A DNA stretch of 64,000 nucleotides from Eubacteriales bacterium (GCA_050943735.1 JBMNPT010000007.1:51220-115219), one strand, 5' to 3'. Counted from the stretch's first letter, positions 44,535-55,092 are shown. Made by a program: numbers and translations. Notes: generated by a model not told the origin, from the letters alone.

Positions 44535-45583
44535 CAGAACAGACCATGAGAGCAAAACGAGTGCTGGTGGGTATGAGCGGCGGAGTGGACTCCAGCGTGT
44601 GCGCGGCCTTGCTGCAGCGGCAGGGCTGGGAGGTCACCGGGGTCACTCTGCGCACCTGGCGGGAAGGAGCCGAGGGCAACGAGGCGGAGGACGCCGCCCG
44701 GGTGGCGTCCCATCTGGGGATTGCTCATTATGTATTGGACAGCCGGGAGCGGTTTTATCAGCAGGTGGTGCAGCCATTCATCCACAGCTATGAACAGGGC
44801 AAGACGCCCAATCCCTGTATTTTGTGCAACCGGCATGTGAAATTTGGCCTGATGATGGAAGAGGCGCTGGCGGGAGGCTTTGATGCCCTGGCTACCGGTC
44901 ACTATGCCAGCATTGGCTGCCGGGACGGCGAGTATACCCTGTCCACCGCGCCTTTTGACGCCAAGGATCAGAGTTACGTGCTGTACAATCTCACCCAGCA
45001 GCAGCTGGCCCATGTGGTATTGCCTCTGGCACCTTACCCCAAGGAGGAAATCCGGGCCATGGCGCAGGAAATGGGATTGCCGGTGGCTCATAAAAAGGAC
45101 AGTCAGGAGATCTGTTTCATTCCGGATGACGATTATGCCGGGTTCATCTGCCGTATGACCGGGCGAGAGTACCCCGCCGGAGCCTTCGTGGACCAGCAGG
45201 GCCAGACCATCGGGCAGCACCGGGGGATCATCCATTATACAGTGGGACAGCGTAAGGGCCTGGGCGCCTTTGGCAAGCCCATGTTTGTACTGGAAATCCG
45301 CCCCCACAACAACACCATTGTGCTGGGGGAAAAGGGCCAGGAGTATCGCGGTCAGCTGCTGTGCGAACAGGTGAATTGGATCGCGGGGCGTCCGCCCCAG
45401 TTTCCCCTTCGCTGTACCGCACGGGTGCGGTACAAGGCGCCTCGGGCGGCATGCACTGTCACTCCGGAGGGAGAAGACCGGCTGCGGGTGGAATTTGATC
45501 AACCCCAGCGGGCAGTGACGCCCGGACAGGCTGTGGTGTTTTACCAGGAAGAACAGGTGTTGGGCGGCGGTGTAATTTTGTAA
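44531..45583 (+). CDS. mnmA: tRNA 2-thiouridine(34) synthase
   Basis: PP-loop [13 protein letters not shown], ...[12 protein letters not shown]... and KDQSYVLY. The start overlaps the rnhA stop. Confidence 0.92.
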   Translation: MTEQTMRAKRVLVGMSGGVDSSVCAALLQRQGWEVTGVTLRTWREGAEGNEAEDAARVASHLGIAHYVLDSRERFYQQVVQPFIHSYEQGKTPNPCILCNRHVKFGLMMEEALAGGFDALATGHYASIGCRDGEYTLSTAPFDAKDQSYVLYNLTQQQLAHVVLPLAPYPKEEIRAMAQEMGLPVAHKKDSQEICFIPDDDYAGFICRMTGREYPAGAFVDQQGQTIGQHRGIIHYTVGQRKGLGAFGKPMFVLEIRPHNNTIVLGEKGQEYRGQLLCEQVNWIAGRPPQFPLRCTARVRYKAPRAACTVTPEGEDRLRVEFDQPQRAVTPGQAVVFYQEEQVLGGGVIL

Positions 45584-45694
45584 GAAATGCTGCATTTCCC
45601 CTTGCAAAAGGATGGAAATATGGCAAAACGATGGTAGATTAGCAAAGGGAAACATGGTAGAATTGAAGAAGTTCACCAGACAGGAGGGTATGCC

Positions 45695-46186
45695 ATGGAA
45701 CGCAGAGAAAAAATCAATTATTACCTGGACATTGCCGAAACGGTAGCCAGCCGTGGCACCTGTCTGCGCCGCAATTACGGCTCTATTATTGTAAAGAATG
45801 ATGAGATCGTATCCACTGGATATACCGGTGCGCCCAGAGGCAGAAAAAACTGCTGTGATCTGGGGGTATGCCGGCGGGAGAGTTTGCAGGTGCCCAGAGG
45901 GCAGCGGTATGAATTGTGCCGCAGTGTGCACTCGGAGGCCAATGCCATCATTTCCGCCAGCCGGGACCAGATGATTGGAGCGACGCTGTATCTGGTGGGC
46001 AAGGATGCCCGTACCGGGGAGTTGGAGAAAGATGCCAGTTCCTGTGCTATGTGCAAGCGCATGATCATCAATGCGGGAATTGAAAAGGTCATTGTACGGG
46101 TGGATCGGGAAAATTACAAAATTCTGTCTGTGGCTGATTGGGTGGAAAAGGACGATTCACTGGACAGCGAATACGCAGATTATTGA
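45695..46186 (+). CDS. dCMP deaminase / ComEB-type cytidine-deoxycytidylate deaminase
   Basis: Zn motifs HSEANAI and CAMCKRMIINAGI. Confidence 0.85.
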   Translation: MERREKINYYLDIAETVASRGTCLRRNYGSIIVKNDEIVSTGYTGAPRGRKNCCDLGVCRRESLQVPRGQRYELCRSVHSEANAIISASRDQMIGATLYLVGKDARTGELEKDASSCAMCKRMIINAGIEKVIVRVDRENYKILSVADWVEKDDSLDSEYADY

Positions 46187-46196
46187 TCCAAAAAGG

Positions 46197-46228
46197 GCTG
46201 TGGAAAGAACTCTTTCCGCAGACTTTTT
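46197..46228 (+). terminator. intrinsic terminator
   Basis: CTGTGGAAAG/CTTTCCGCAG stem followed by ACTTTTTT. Confidence 0.8.
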
Positions 46229-46286
46229 TGTGGATTTTGAAGTGACAACTTCTTTTTGTCGGTGCAGACAAATTTTGCATAAAACC

Positions 46287-46315
46287 CTTGTATTTTATTG
46301 GGGAATTGAGTATAG
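46287..46315 (+). promoter_or_regulatory. sigma-70-type promoter of trkAH
   Basis: TTGTAT (46287-46292), 17 nt, TATAGT (46310-46315). The leader is about 96 nt. Confidence 0.5.
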
Positions 46316-46417
46316 TAGGAAATTAGAAGAGAGGGGTGAAACCAGTCCCGTGTAAGGCGAACCGAAATTTTTGATGAAAGAAAACCAACTGATATTTGGA
46401 GGGTTAAACAAAACATC

Positions 46418-47773
46418 ATGAAAGTGCTGATAATTGGCGCAGGCAAACTGGGCTATAAGCTGGCGTCTTCGCTGGCTCTGGCCGACGATGCGGACATCAC
46501 CATTGTGGATAAACGGCCGGAAGTGCTGGAACACATCAGTGACCATCTGGATGTGATGACAGTGCATGCCAACGGAATCCACGTGTCCTCGCTGAAAGAG
46601 TTGGATGTGCCGTCCTATGATTTGGCAGTGGCGTGCAGCGGCAATGATGAGGTAAATATCATCTGCGGTACGTTGCTCAAGCGGATGGGCTGTGACAATG
46701 TGGTGGTGCGGATGCGCAATATGGAATATGTGGAACACCGCAGTTTCATTCAGGATTTGATGGATATTGATCTGGCAGTGAATCCGGAGCTTTCCACTGC
46801 CAAGCAGATTTCCGGATATTTGATGAAAAACTATTCCTTTCACACCAACAATTTCGCGTTGGGCCGGGTGAGTCTGGTGGATGTGTTGGCCAAACGAATT
46901 CCCAAATGGGTGGGCCGTCCGCTGAAAGACATTGAAGGTCTGCGGGAATTTGTACTGGTGGGGATTGGCCGCGGAGGCGACCTGATCATTCCCGATGGCA
47001 ATACCGTCATTGAAGAAAATGATGTGTTGTACATCATGGGCCGGACCGACCGGTTGGATCAGATTTCCGGATCTATGGGAAGAGCCATTGAAGGAACTCT
47101 GAAAAATGTAATGATTGTAGGCGGCGGCCGGGTGGGTTATCATCTGGCAAAGCGGCTGTCGCTCAAGGGCATTCGCATCAAGCTGATTGAGCGTGATCCT
47201 CAGCAGTGTGCCTTTTTGGCGGAAAATCTGGGCAGCAATGTGCTGGTGCTCAATGCCGACGGCAGCGACAACAAGGTATTGATGGAAGAGGAAATCTTTT
47301 CCATGGATGCTTTTGTGGGTGCCACTGGGTACGATGAGGAAAATCTGCTGATGTGCCTGGGAGCCAAGCAGATGAACGTGCCCAAGGTGGTGGCCAAGGT
47401 ATCCCGCAACAACTACACTGATATCATTGAGAGTTTGGGTGTGGATGCTATTTTCTCTACCATTGACATTACGGCCAGTGAAATCCTCAAATATGTACGG
47501 GGTGGAAAAATCCTGTCCGTATCTCTGCTGCTGGGGGGCAAGGCAGAGGTGAATGAATACATAGCCGATGCTGGGATGCCCATTGTGGGTCGTCCATTGA
47601 GTGAAGTGAATATCCCCAAGGGCAATGTAGTGGGGGCCATGTTGTCGGGAAATAATGAAGTGATTATTCCCAATGGCAATACGGTAATTCAGCCCGGGGA
47701 TCGTTTTGTGGTATTTTCCATGACCAATACCCTGCCTAAATTCCGCAAATGTGTGGAAATTGATCGCCAGTGA
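46418..47773 (+). CDS. trkA: Trk system potassium uptake protein TrkA
   Basis: Two RCK N-domains (MKVLIIGAGKLG..., VMIVGGGRVGYHLA) with TrkA-C domains. Confidence 0.92.
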   Translation: MKVLIIGAGKLGYKLASSLALADDADITIVDKRPEVLEHISDHLDVMTVHANGIHVSSLKELDVPSYDLAVACSGNDEVNIICGTLLKRMGCDNVVVRMRNMEYVEHRSFIQDLMDIDLAVNPELSTAKQISGYLMKNYSFHTNNFALGRVSLVDVLAKRIPKWVGRPLKDIEGLREFVLVGIGRGGDLIIPDGNTVIEENDVLYIMGRTDRLDQISGSMGRAIEGTLKNVMIVGGGRVGYHLAKRLSLKGIRIKLIERDPQQCAFLAENLGSNVLVLNADGSDNKVLMEEEIFSMDAFVGATGYDEENLLMCLGAKQMNVPKVVAKVSRNNYTDIIESLGVDAIFSTIDITASEILKYVRGGKILSVSLLLGGKAEVNEYIADAGMPIVGRPLSEVNIPKGNVVGAMLSGNNEVIIPNGNTVIQPGDRFVVFSMTNTLPKFRKCVEIDRQ

Positions 47774-47796
47774 GGAGAAAGTAGAGGGAGTAGAAA

Positions 47797-49257
47797 GTGA
47801 ATATTGGAGTTGTCAGCCGGATCATCAGTAAATTGCTGATGATTGAAGGCGTATCCATGCTTCTTCCCATGCTGGTGGGACTGTTTTATGGGGAGCAGGA
47901 TTACATTTATTTTTTAGGCGTGGGGCTGGTCTGTGTGGCAGTTGGCTTTGCCGGCAGCTGCGCATGGAAAAAAAAGGATAAAAGCCGCACCATTATTCTG
48001 GTACGCGATGGAATTGCCATTGTCACATTTGGCTGGATTCTTTTCTCCTTTTTTGGAGGAGCGCCTTTTTATCTGTCGGGGTACATTCCCAATGTATCTG
48101 AAGCATTTTTTGAGACGGTTTCGGGCTTTACCACTACAGGTGCCTCGGTACTTAGCAGTGTGGAAGCCTTGTCCAAATGCATGTTGTTCTGGCGCAGTTT
48201 TACCCACTGGCTGGGCGGCATGGGCATTCTGGTGTTTACCGTAGCCATTTTGCCCGGACTGGATGTGGGCTCTTTCCAGATCATGAAGGCCGAATGCTCC
48301 GGCCCGGTTTCTGAAAAGATCATGCCCAGAGTGAAAGACGCGGCCAAGACCCTGTATCTCATTTATATGGGATTTACTCTGGTGGAAATTGTACTGCTGA
48401 TGCTGGGTGGTATGGATTGGTTTGAAGCCTCCACCCATACCTTTGGTACAGTGGGTACTGGTGGTTTTGGCATTTACAACGATTCCACCGCTCGATTCAG
48501 TGCCTTCAGTCAATGGGTCATCACCATTTTCATGCTTTTGTGCAACGTGAACTTTTCCCTGTACTATCTGGTGCTGCGGGGCCGCTGGCGGGAAGTGGTG
48601 CGGGATGAAGAAACCCGCTTTTTCTTCCTGGTGGTACTGGGTTCCGGGTTGCTCATCACCATTGATCTGGTGGCCCGGCAGGTGTTTGCCGGAGGAGTGG
48701 GCGATGCATTGCGGCATGCCTATTTCCAGGTGGGTACTGTGATCAGTACCACTGGTTTTGCCACTTGCGATTTTGATTTGTGGCCTTCTTTCAGTAAGAC
48801 GGTGCTGTTTGTGCTGTTTTTCTTTGGCGGCTGTGCAGGTTCTACCGGCGGCGGTCCCAAGAGCATCCGTGTGCTGGTGGCATTGAAGGTGGTGAAGCAG
48901 TCCATTACCAAGATTGTGCATCCCCGGGCAGTGGCTCCAGTAAAGGTAAATGGTAAGCCTGTAAAGGAAGAAACCATCAATGTTATTTTTGGTTTCTTGG
49001 CCATGTATGCCATTTTCATGATGCTGGGAACTGCAGCAGTGACCGCATTGGAAGATGTGAGCATTTTTGACGGTTTCATGATGATTGCGGCCACATTGGG
49101 CAACGTGGGTCCTGGCTTTGGCGTGGTAGGTCCCACCTGCAACTATGGCGGTTTTTCGGATTTGACCACTTGGATTTTGTCCTTTATGATGCTGGCAGGA
49201 CGTCTGGAAATCTATACAGTGATTGCACTGTTCTTCCCCAGCTTCTGGAAAAAGTAA
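47797..49257 (+). CDS. trkH: TrkH-family potassium transporter
   Basis: Polytopic membrane protein with pore-loop-like GFTTTGAS, GTVGTGGFG and STTGFAT motifs. GTG start. Confidence 0.9.
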   Translation: MNIGVVSRIISKLLMIEGVSMLLPMLVGLFYGEQDYIYFLGVGLVCVAVGFAGSCAWKKKDKSRTIILVRDGIAIVTFGWILFSFFGGAPFYLSGYIPNVSEAFFETVSGFTTTGASVLSSVEALSKCMLFWRSFTHWLGGMGILVFTVAILPGLDVGSFQIMKAECSGPVSEKIMPRVKDAAKTLYLIYMGFTLVEIVLLMLGGMDWFEASTHTFGTVGTGGFGIYNDSTARFSAFSQWVITIFMLLCNVNFSLYYLVLRGRWREVVRDEETRFFFLVVLGSGLLITIDLVARQVFAGGVGDALRHAYFQVGTVISTTGFATCDFDLWPSFSKTVLFVLFFFGGCAGSTGGGPKSIRVLVALKVVKQSITKIVHPRAVAPVKVNGKPVKEETINVIFGFLAMYAIFMMLGTAAVTALEDVSIFDGFMMIAATLGNVGPGFGVVGPTCNYGGFSDLTTWILSFMMLAGRLEIYTVIALFFPSFWKK

Positions 49258-49273
49258 TTGTACAAACAAAAAA

Positions 49274-49300
49274 GCCTGTACCAAAAGGTACAGGCTTTTT
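49274..49300. terminator. bidirectional intrinsic terminator
   Basis: GCCTGTACC-AAAA-GGTACAGGC stem-loop flanked by A and T runs. Confidence 0.88.
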
Positions 49301-49301
49301 A

Positions 49302-50276
49302 TTATGTTTTGACAGCGGGATTGATCAGATTATGAGGAGTGCCGCCGGAAAGGTACTCCACAATCCCTTCCAGACACTCCTGCAGGATGTTGAGCCGTAC
49401 CTGATAGGTCTGGGTGCCGGTGTGCGGGGTGAGCACCACATTGGGAAGGGTTTTGAGGGTCTCATTGACGTGAGGTTCATTTTCATATACATCCAACCCG
49501 GCGCCTTTGAGAGGACCATGCTGCAGTGCCCGCACCAGAGCCTCCTCATCCACCAGTTGTCCCCGGGCCACATTGATGAAATAGGAACCGGGTTTCATAC
49601 GGGAGAAAAGGGCATTGTCAAAGAGATGATGATTTTCCGGGGTATAAGGCAGGTTCAGGCTTACCACATCGCTGCGGGCCAGCAGATCATCCATGTTGGG
49701 TACATAGGTGAGGGAATATTGCTGTTCCAGCTGAGTGGACAGCTGCCGGCGGTTGTGATAGAGAACCGTCATTCCCATGGCCACCGCCCGGCGGGCCAGG
49801 GATTGTCCAATTCGTCCGCAGCCAATGATTCCCAGGGTACGGCCAAACAACTCGGTTTGGGAGGATTCATACATGTCAGTGTTCCATCCGCCCTGGCGCA
49901 CCTTGGCATCCAACAGGGGAATGGTACGGGCGGCGGCCAGCAGCAGCCCCATGGCCAGTTCGGCGGTGGCTTCGGTGACTGCGGTGGGGGCATTGATGAC
50001 CGCGATACCCAGCTGGGTGGCCCGCTGCCAATCCACGTGGTCATACCCCACTCCGGTGACGCCAATGACCTTCAGGGAAGAACAGGCTTCCAACAGAGAG
50101 GCCGGAACCGGTCCGGTCAATGGGCACAAAGCGTCAAAAGAGGGAGCCAGACGGATGATTTCTTCCGGAGAGAGGGCACCCTCTTCGGGCTGAGGGAAAT
50201 GGGCGTCCACAAACCGGCGGCAAAAATCTTGCGCATCCAGGGGAATGGCCTGGGTGAATAATACAGTGGGTTTCAT
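49302..50276 (-). CDS. D-isomer-specific 2-hydroxyacid dehydrogenase (glyoxylate/hydroxypyruvate reductase-like)
   Basis: NAD motif LGIIGCGRIGQSLA and catalytic motifs ...INVARG..VDE and LTPHTG. Confidence 0.85.
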   Translation of the reverse strand: MKPTVLFTQAIPLDAQDFCRRFVDAHFPQPEEGALSPEEIIRLAPSFDALCPLTGPVPASLLEACSSLKVIGVTGVGYDHVDWQRATQLGIAVINAPTAVTEATAELAMGLLLAAARTIPLLDAKVRQGGWNTDMYESSQTELFGRTLGIIGCGRIGQSLARRAVAMGMTVLYHNRRQLSTQLEQQYSLTYVPNMDDLLARSDVVSLNLPYTPENHHLFDNALFSRMKPGSYFINVARGQLVDEEALVRALQHGPLKGAGLDVYENEPHVNETLKTLPNVVLTPHTGTQTYQVRLNILQECLEGIVEYLSGGTPHNLINPAVKT

Positions 50277-50313
50277 GGGTATCGTCCTTTCTGTGGATTT
50301 ATTTTCAGTACAT

Positions 50314-51246
50314 TCAAAGCAAGGTCATGGCCAGCATGATGACAAAGGGCAAAGTCACCAGCATCAGCACCAGATTTTGGGTGACTGCACAGCTGGCAAA
50401 GGTGGAATCTCCTCCGTTTTGTTCTGCCAGAATGATATTGAGAGAGCCGGCGGGCAGTCCCAGGATGACAATAGCCGTCACTGCCGCCATACCGCCGATA
50501 TGGGCTGCACGGAGGATGAAGTACAGCACCAGCGGTACCAGCAGCAGACGGATCAGGGAAACCAGATAGGCATAACCATCCTGTATGATTTGCCGGAAAG
50601 GCATTTTGGCCATGGCGCAGCCGGTGAGGATCATGGAGAGAGGAACCATCATTCCACCCACTGTGTCCAGGCTGTCCTGGATCACGCCAGGCAGGCGGAA
50701 GGGGGAGAGAAAAATGGCCAGCGCCGTCACTGACACCACTGTCAGACGGTTGAGCAGCATTTTTTTCCAGTCCAAACGGGTTCCGCTGCCGGAAAACAGG
50801 GTCACGCCATAGCTGAACATGAACAGATTGTAAAAGACATTGTGCACCACCGCATACAGCATAGCTTCGTCGCCGCCGATCTCCTGGGCCACTGGAAAAC
50901 CGATGAATCCCACGTTGGCAAAGACACAGCAGCCCAGAAAGGCTTTGCGTTTGGCCTCGCTGGTGGGCAGATGACGGCTCAGCAGACCGAACAGCAAGAT
51001 GCTCACTATGTAATATCCAATCCCCATCACAAAGGTATACCGCAGTCCGTCCGACATGTCGCTGGTGAATTCGTTGCCGGAGGTGGCCAGTACACAGCAG
51101 GGTACTACCACACCCATGAAAAAATCGGTGAGGTTTTTCTGAAAATCCTCACTGATGGCGCCCCGTTTTTTCATATAAAAACCGATTCCCACCATGATGA
51201 CAATTTTACCCAGCAGGGGCAGGACGGTTCCCAACAATATTTCCAT
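50314..51246 (-). CDS. AEC (auxin efflux carrier) family transporter
   Basis: MEILLGTVLPLLGKIVIMVGIGFYMKKRGAIS... with about 10 TM segments. ATG 51246 is used because the ORF-track extension to 51336 lacks support. Confidence 0.8.
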   Translation of the reverse strand: MEILLGTVLPLLGKIVIMVGIGFYMKKRGAISEDFQKNLTDFFMGVVVPCCVLATSGNEFTSDMSDGLRYTFVMGIGYYIVSILLFGLLSRHLPTSEAKRKAFLGCCVFANVGFIGFPVAQEIGGDEAMLYAVVHNVFYNLFMFSYGVTLFSGSGTRLDWKKMLLNRLTVVSVTALAIFLSPFRLPGVIQDSLDTVGGMMVPLSMILTGCAMAKMPFRQIIQDGYAYLVSLIRLLLVPLVLYFILRAAHIGGMAAVTAIVILGLPAGSLNIILAEQNGGDSTFASCAVTQNLVLMLVTLPFVIMLAMTLL

Positions 51247-51367
51247 AATTTTCTCCCTTTCCCAAATGGTCAGCACATATTTTTTATTATACAGCGGACA
51301 ATAGAATGTCACAAGAGAAAAATGGAAACCCTGCAAAAGAGAGCGTCATCGGCGTGATGGAATTTGA

Positions 51368-51465
51368 CTGATTTCTGTGTTATACTGAAAGAAACAGTCA
51401 GAATTGAGCACAATTCACAAAACTGATTGACTGATTTTGGCTGATTAGATGACTGAAAATGATTG
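51368..51465 (+). promoter_or_regulatory. cluster of CTGATT direct repeats (candidate DeoR/FruR operator array)
   Basis: CTGATT occurs at 51368, 51423, 51431 and 51441. Related CTGAAA is at 51453 and TGATTG at 51460. The cluster abuts the -35 of the fru promoter. Confidence 0.45.
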
Positions 51466-51491
51466 ATATTGAACGAAAAAGATGGTACTAT
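51463..51491 (+). promoter_or_regulatory. sigma-70-type promoter of fru operon
   Basis: TTGATA (51463-51468), 17 nt, TACTAT (51486-51491). Confidence 0.5.
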
Positions 51492-51512
51492 GATGACAAG
51501 GAGTGAGAGGTC

Positions 51513-52265
51513 ATGTTGACGGAAGAACGGTTTCACATCATTCTGGAGGTGTTGGAGGAGCGGCAGGCAGTGACTGTGACAGAGCTCACACAGTTGCTGG
51601 GTGCTTCGGAATCCACTATCCGGCGGGATTTGACCACCCTGCATCAACAGGGAAGGCTCATCAAGGTGCACGGCGGGGCCACCGCTCTGCCGGCCGGCTA
51701 TCAGATGGTGGATGAACAGGTGGAGGTGCGGCAATCCCGTTCCACCCCGGAAAAACACGCCATCGGCCAGTATGCGGCCTCTCTGATCCGGGACGACGAT
51801 TTTGTGTTCATAGACGCGGGAACCACCACCGGGGCCATGCTGGAATACATAGGTCCCACCCGGGCCGTCTTTGTGACCAATGCCGCTGGCCATGGAAAAA
51901 AACTGGCTCAAAAGGGGCTGCGGGTGATGCTATTGGGCGGTGAAATGAAAGCCGCCACCGAAGCGGTGGTGGGCAGTGATACCATCCGGGGACTGCAGCG
52001 CTATCACTTCACCAAGGGCTTTTTTGGTACCAACGGCATCAGCACCCAAGGCGGGTATACCACGCCGGATGCGGCGGAAGCCATGGTGAAAGAGGTGGCC
52101 ATGGGCCGCTGTCAGCAACGGTTTGTGCTGGCGGACCACACCAAGTTTCATGTGGTGTCGTCGGTGACCTTTGGCCAGCTGTCCGATGCGGTGATTCTCA
52201 CCGATCGGGCGGAGGACGACATTTGGGCCAGTAAAACGGAAATCACGGAGGTGGAACAACCATGA
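51513..52265 (+). CDS. DeoR-family transcriptional repressor (FruR-type)
   Basis: HTH ERFHIILEVLEERQAVTVTELTQLLGASESTIRRDLTTL with a DeoR C-terminal sugar-phosphate-binding domain. Confidence 0.9.
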   Translation: MLTEERFHIILEVLEERQAVTVTELTQLLGASESTIRRDLTTLHQQGRLIKVHGGATALPAGYQMVDEQVEVRQSRSTPEKHAIGQYAASLIRDDDFVFIDAGTTTGAMLEYIGPTRAVFVTNAAGHGKKLAQKGLRVMLLGGEMKAATEAVVGSDTIRGLQRYHFTKGFFGTNGISTQGGYTTPDAAEAMVKEVAMGRCQQRFVLADHTKFHVVSSVTFGQLSDAVILTDRAEDDIWASKTEITEVEQP

Positions 52266-53164
52266 TTTATACAGTGACCTTCAATCCATCGCTGGATTAT
52301 GTCATGCATTTGTCGCAGTTTGTACCCGGCATGACCAACCGCAGTACATCGGAGAGCCTCAGCTGCGGCGGCAAGGGCATCAATGTGTCCATTGTATTGC
52401 ACAATCTGGGCGTGGAAAGCGTGGCGCTGGGATTTGCGGCCGGATTCACCGGCGAGGAAATCATCCGAGGGGTGGAGCAGCAGGGCTGTCAGACCGATTT
52501 CATTCGGCTGCCCCAGGGCTTCAGCCGAATCAATGTAAAACTCAAGGGGGGCGAGGAAAGCGAGATCAACGCGGATGGCCCCGCCATTCCCGCAGAGGCA
52601 GTGCAGCAGCTGCTGCAGCGGCTGGACCACCTGGAACGGGGAGATATTCTGGTGCTGGCGGGCAGCATTCCCAGCACCCTGCCCGATGACATTTACCAGC
52701 AGATCATGCAGCGGCTCAGTGACCGGGGAGTACGGTTTGTGGTGGATGCCACCCGGGAGCTGTTGAAAAAGGCACTGCCCTATCGGCCTTTCCTCATCAA
52801 ACCCAATAACCATGAACTGGCGGAGTTGTTTGAGGTGCAGCTGCAGGGGACAGAGGACATTGTCCGCTATGCCCGGAGGCTGCAGGAGATGGGCGCGGTC
52901 AATGTGCTGGTGTCCATGGCGGGGGACGGAGCCATTCTGGTGGCGGAAGACGGCTCGGTGTATCAGAGTCCCGCCCCCAAAGGCAAGGTGGTCAATTCGG
53001 TGGGTGCTGGGGATTCCATGGTGGCAGGATTCCTGGCAGGATACCTGCATACGGGCCAGTATCAGGAGGCTTTCCGTATGGGTGTAGCCACTGGAAGCGC
53101 CAGCGCCTTTTCGCCGGGGCTGGCTACCAAAGAGCAAGTGGAAGCTGTCTTGGGGCAGCTGTGA
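52262..53164 (+). CDS. fruK: 1-phosphofructokinase
   Basis: MIYTVTFNPSLDY..., GGKGINVS and PfkB signature ...VNSVGAGDSMVAGF. The start overlaps the fruR stop. Confidence 0.92.
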   Translation: MIYTVTFNPSLDYVMHLSQFVPGMTNRSTSESLSCGGKGINVSIVLHNLGVESVALGFAAGFTGEEIIRGVEQQGCQTDFIRLPQGFSRINVKLKGGEESEINADGPAIPAEAVQQLLQRLDHLERGDILVLAGSIPSTLPDDIYQQIMQRLSDRGVRFVVDATRELLKKALPYRPFLIKPNNHELAELFEVQLQGTEDIVRYARRLQEMGAVNVLVSMAGDGAILVAEDGSVYQSPAPKGKVVNSVGAGDSMVAGFLAGYLHTGQYQEAFRMGVATGSASAFSPGLATKEQVEAVLGQL

Positions 53165-53181
53165 AATAGAAGGGAGCATGA

Positions 53182-55092
53182 GTGAAAATGCGGATTACCG
53201 ACCTGTTGCAAAAAGAGGGAATTTTGTTGGATGGGCACCCCACCGACAAGGCGCAGGCCATTGAGATGCTGGCGGATCTGATGAATGGAACCGGCGTATT
53301 GAAGGATCGTGACGCTTATCGGGATGGGCTGTGCAAGCGGGAAGCCGAGGGAACCACCGGCATTGGAGAAGGTGTGGCCATTCCCCATGCCAAAACCGAC
53401 GCGGTGAAGCAGGCCCAGCTGGTGGCCATGGTGGTGCCGGAGGGCGTGGACTATGAATCGCTGGACGGTGAACCCACTCGGCTGTTTTTTGCCATTGCGG
53501 CGCCCATGGATGCGATGAATTTGCATCTGGATCTGTTGGGAAATCTGTCGGTGCTGATGATGGATGAGGAATTCCGGGAAAGTCTGCTGCACTGTTCCAC
53601 TCCGGAAGAGTTTTTGCAGCGCATTGACCAGGCGGAACAGGAGAAGTTTGGTCAGGATGCCCAGGAGGAGAAGCAGCAGCAAGCCCAGCAGCAGGCCCAG
53701 GAGGGGTATCGGGTGCTGGCTGTTACTGCCTGCCCCACCGGCATTGCCCACACCTATATGGCTGCGGAAAAGCTGGAAGAAGTGGGTAAGGCCATGGGCA
53801 TTTCCATCAAGGTGGAAACCAACGGCAGCGGCGGCGCCAAAAATGTGCTGACGCCGGAGGAAATTGCCGCCTGTGAATGCATCATTGTGGCAGCTGACAA
53901 ACAGGTGGAGATGGCTCGGTTCCATGGCAAGCGGGTCATTCAGGTGAAGGTGGCCGACGGAATTCACAAGGCACAGCAGCTGCTGGAAGAAGCGGTGAGC
54001 GGCCAGGTGCCGGTGTATCAGCACAGCGGAGCGGTGACCGAAGCCGCCGCTCCCGAAAAGGTGAGCCTGGGCCGTCAGGTATACATGCATCTGATGAATG
54101 GTATTTCTCACATGCTGCCCTTTGTCATTGGCGGCGGTATTTTGATCGCTCTGGCCTTTTTGCTGGATGATCCGTCCATCGATTACGCAAACTATGGTAT
54201 GAATACTCCGGTGGCGGCTTTCTTCAAAACGGTGGGCGATGCGGCCTTTGGCTTTATGCTGCCGGTGCTGGCAGGCTTCATTGCCATGAGCATCGCGGAC
54301 CGGCCCGGTCTGGCAGTGGGCTTTGTGGGCGGTTATCTGGCCAACAGCGGCGGCAGCGGCTTTTTGGGCGCGCTGCTGGCGGGCTTCATCGCTGGATACC
54401 TGATGGTGGGGCTGCGCAAGCTCTTTGATAAGCTGCCTCGCAGCTTGGAAGGTACCAAACCGGTGCTGCTCTATCCCTTCTTTGGAGTGCTGCTCATTGG
54501 CGCCATCATTCTACTGGTGGTCAATCCTCCGGTGGCCGCACTCAACAACGCCATCATCGCAGGTCTGCAATCCATGGGCACCAGCAGCAAAGTGGTGCTG
54601 GGACTCATTGTGGGCGGTATGATGAGCGTGGATATGGGCGGCCCAGTGAACAAGGCAGCCTATGCCTTTGGCATCGCCTCGTTGTCCATGGGAGAATATG
54701 ACATCATGGCGGCCGTCATGGTGGGCGGTATGGTGCCCCCCCTGGCTATTGCTCTGTGCATGACCTTCTTCAAAAACCGTTTCACCCCCCGGAAACGTCA
54801 GACCACCGTCACCAACTATATCATGGGTCTGTCCTTCATCAGCGAAGGCGCCATTCCCTTTGCCGCGGCGGACCCACTGCGGGTGCTTCCCTCCTGCATT
54901 GTGGGCAGTGCGGTGGCAGGTGCTCTCTCCATGGCTTTTGGATGCTCCATCATGGCGCCTCACGGTGGTATGTGGGTCATCAGCGTGATCACCAACCCCT
55001 TGCAGTATGTGGCCGCATTGGTCATCGGCTCTGTGGTGGGCATGCTGCTGCTGGCTGTTTTGAAAAAGCCGGTTGAACAGAACAACGATTGA
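53182..55092 (+). CDS. fruA: PTS fructose transporter subunit IIABC
   Basis: IIA (GIGEGVAIPHAK), a Q/E-rich linker, IIB (VTACPTGIAHTYMAAE) and the IIC membrane domain. ATG 53188 is an alternative start. Confidence 0.92.
   Translation: MKMRITDLLQKEGILLDGHPTDKAQAIEMLADLMNGTGVLKDRDAYRDGLCKREAEGTTGIGEGVAIPHAKTDAVKQAQLVAMVVPEGVDYESLDGEPTRLFFAIAAPMDAMNLHLDLLGNLSVLMMDEEFRESLLHCSTPEEFLQRIDQAEQEKFGQDAQEEKQQQAQQQAQEGYRVLAVTACPTGIAHTYMAAEKLEEVGKAMGISIKVETNGSGGAKNVLTPEEIAACECIIVAADKQVEMARFHGKRVIQVKVADGIHKAQQLLEEAVSGQVPVYQHSGAVTEAAAPEKVSLGRQVYMHLMNGISHMLPFVIGGGILIALAFLLDDPSIDYANYGMNTPVAAFFKTVGDAAFGFMLPVLAGFIAMSIADRPGLAVGFVGGYLANSGGSGFLGALLAGFIAGYLMVGLRKLFDKLPRSLEGTKPVLLYPFFGVLLIGAIILLVVNPPVAALNNAIIAGLQSMGTSSKVVLGLIVGGMMSVDMGGPVNKAAYAFGIASLSMGEYDIMAAVMVGGMVPPLAIALCMTFFKNRFTPRKRQTTVTNYIMGLSFISEGAIPFAAADPLRVLPSCIVGSAVAGALSMAFGCSIMAPHGGMWVISVITNPLQYVAALVIGSVVGMLLLAVLKKPVEQNND

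Noticed and set aside
46322-46417. c-di-AMP (ydaO/kimA-type) riboswitch in the trkA leader. K+ transporters are its classic regulon, and GGGGTGAAACC...CCCGTGTAAGGCGAACCGAA echoes conserved ydaO strings.
   Set aside because: The leader is only about 96 nt from the predicted TSS. I could find only one of the two pseudo-symmetric halves, which is too short and incomplete. A cmsearch with RF00379 would settle it.
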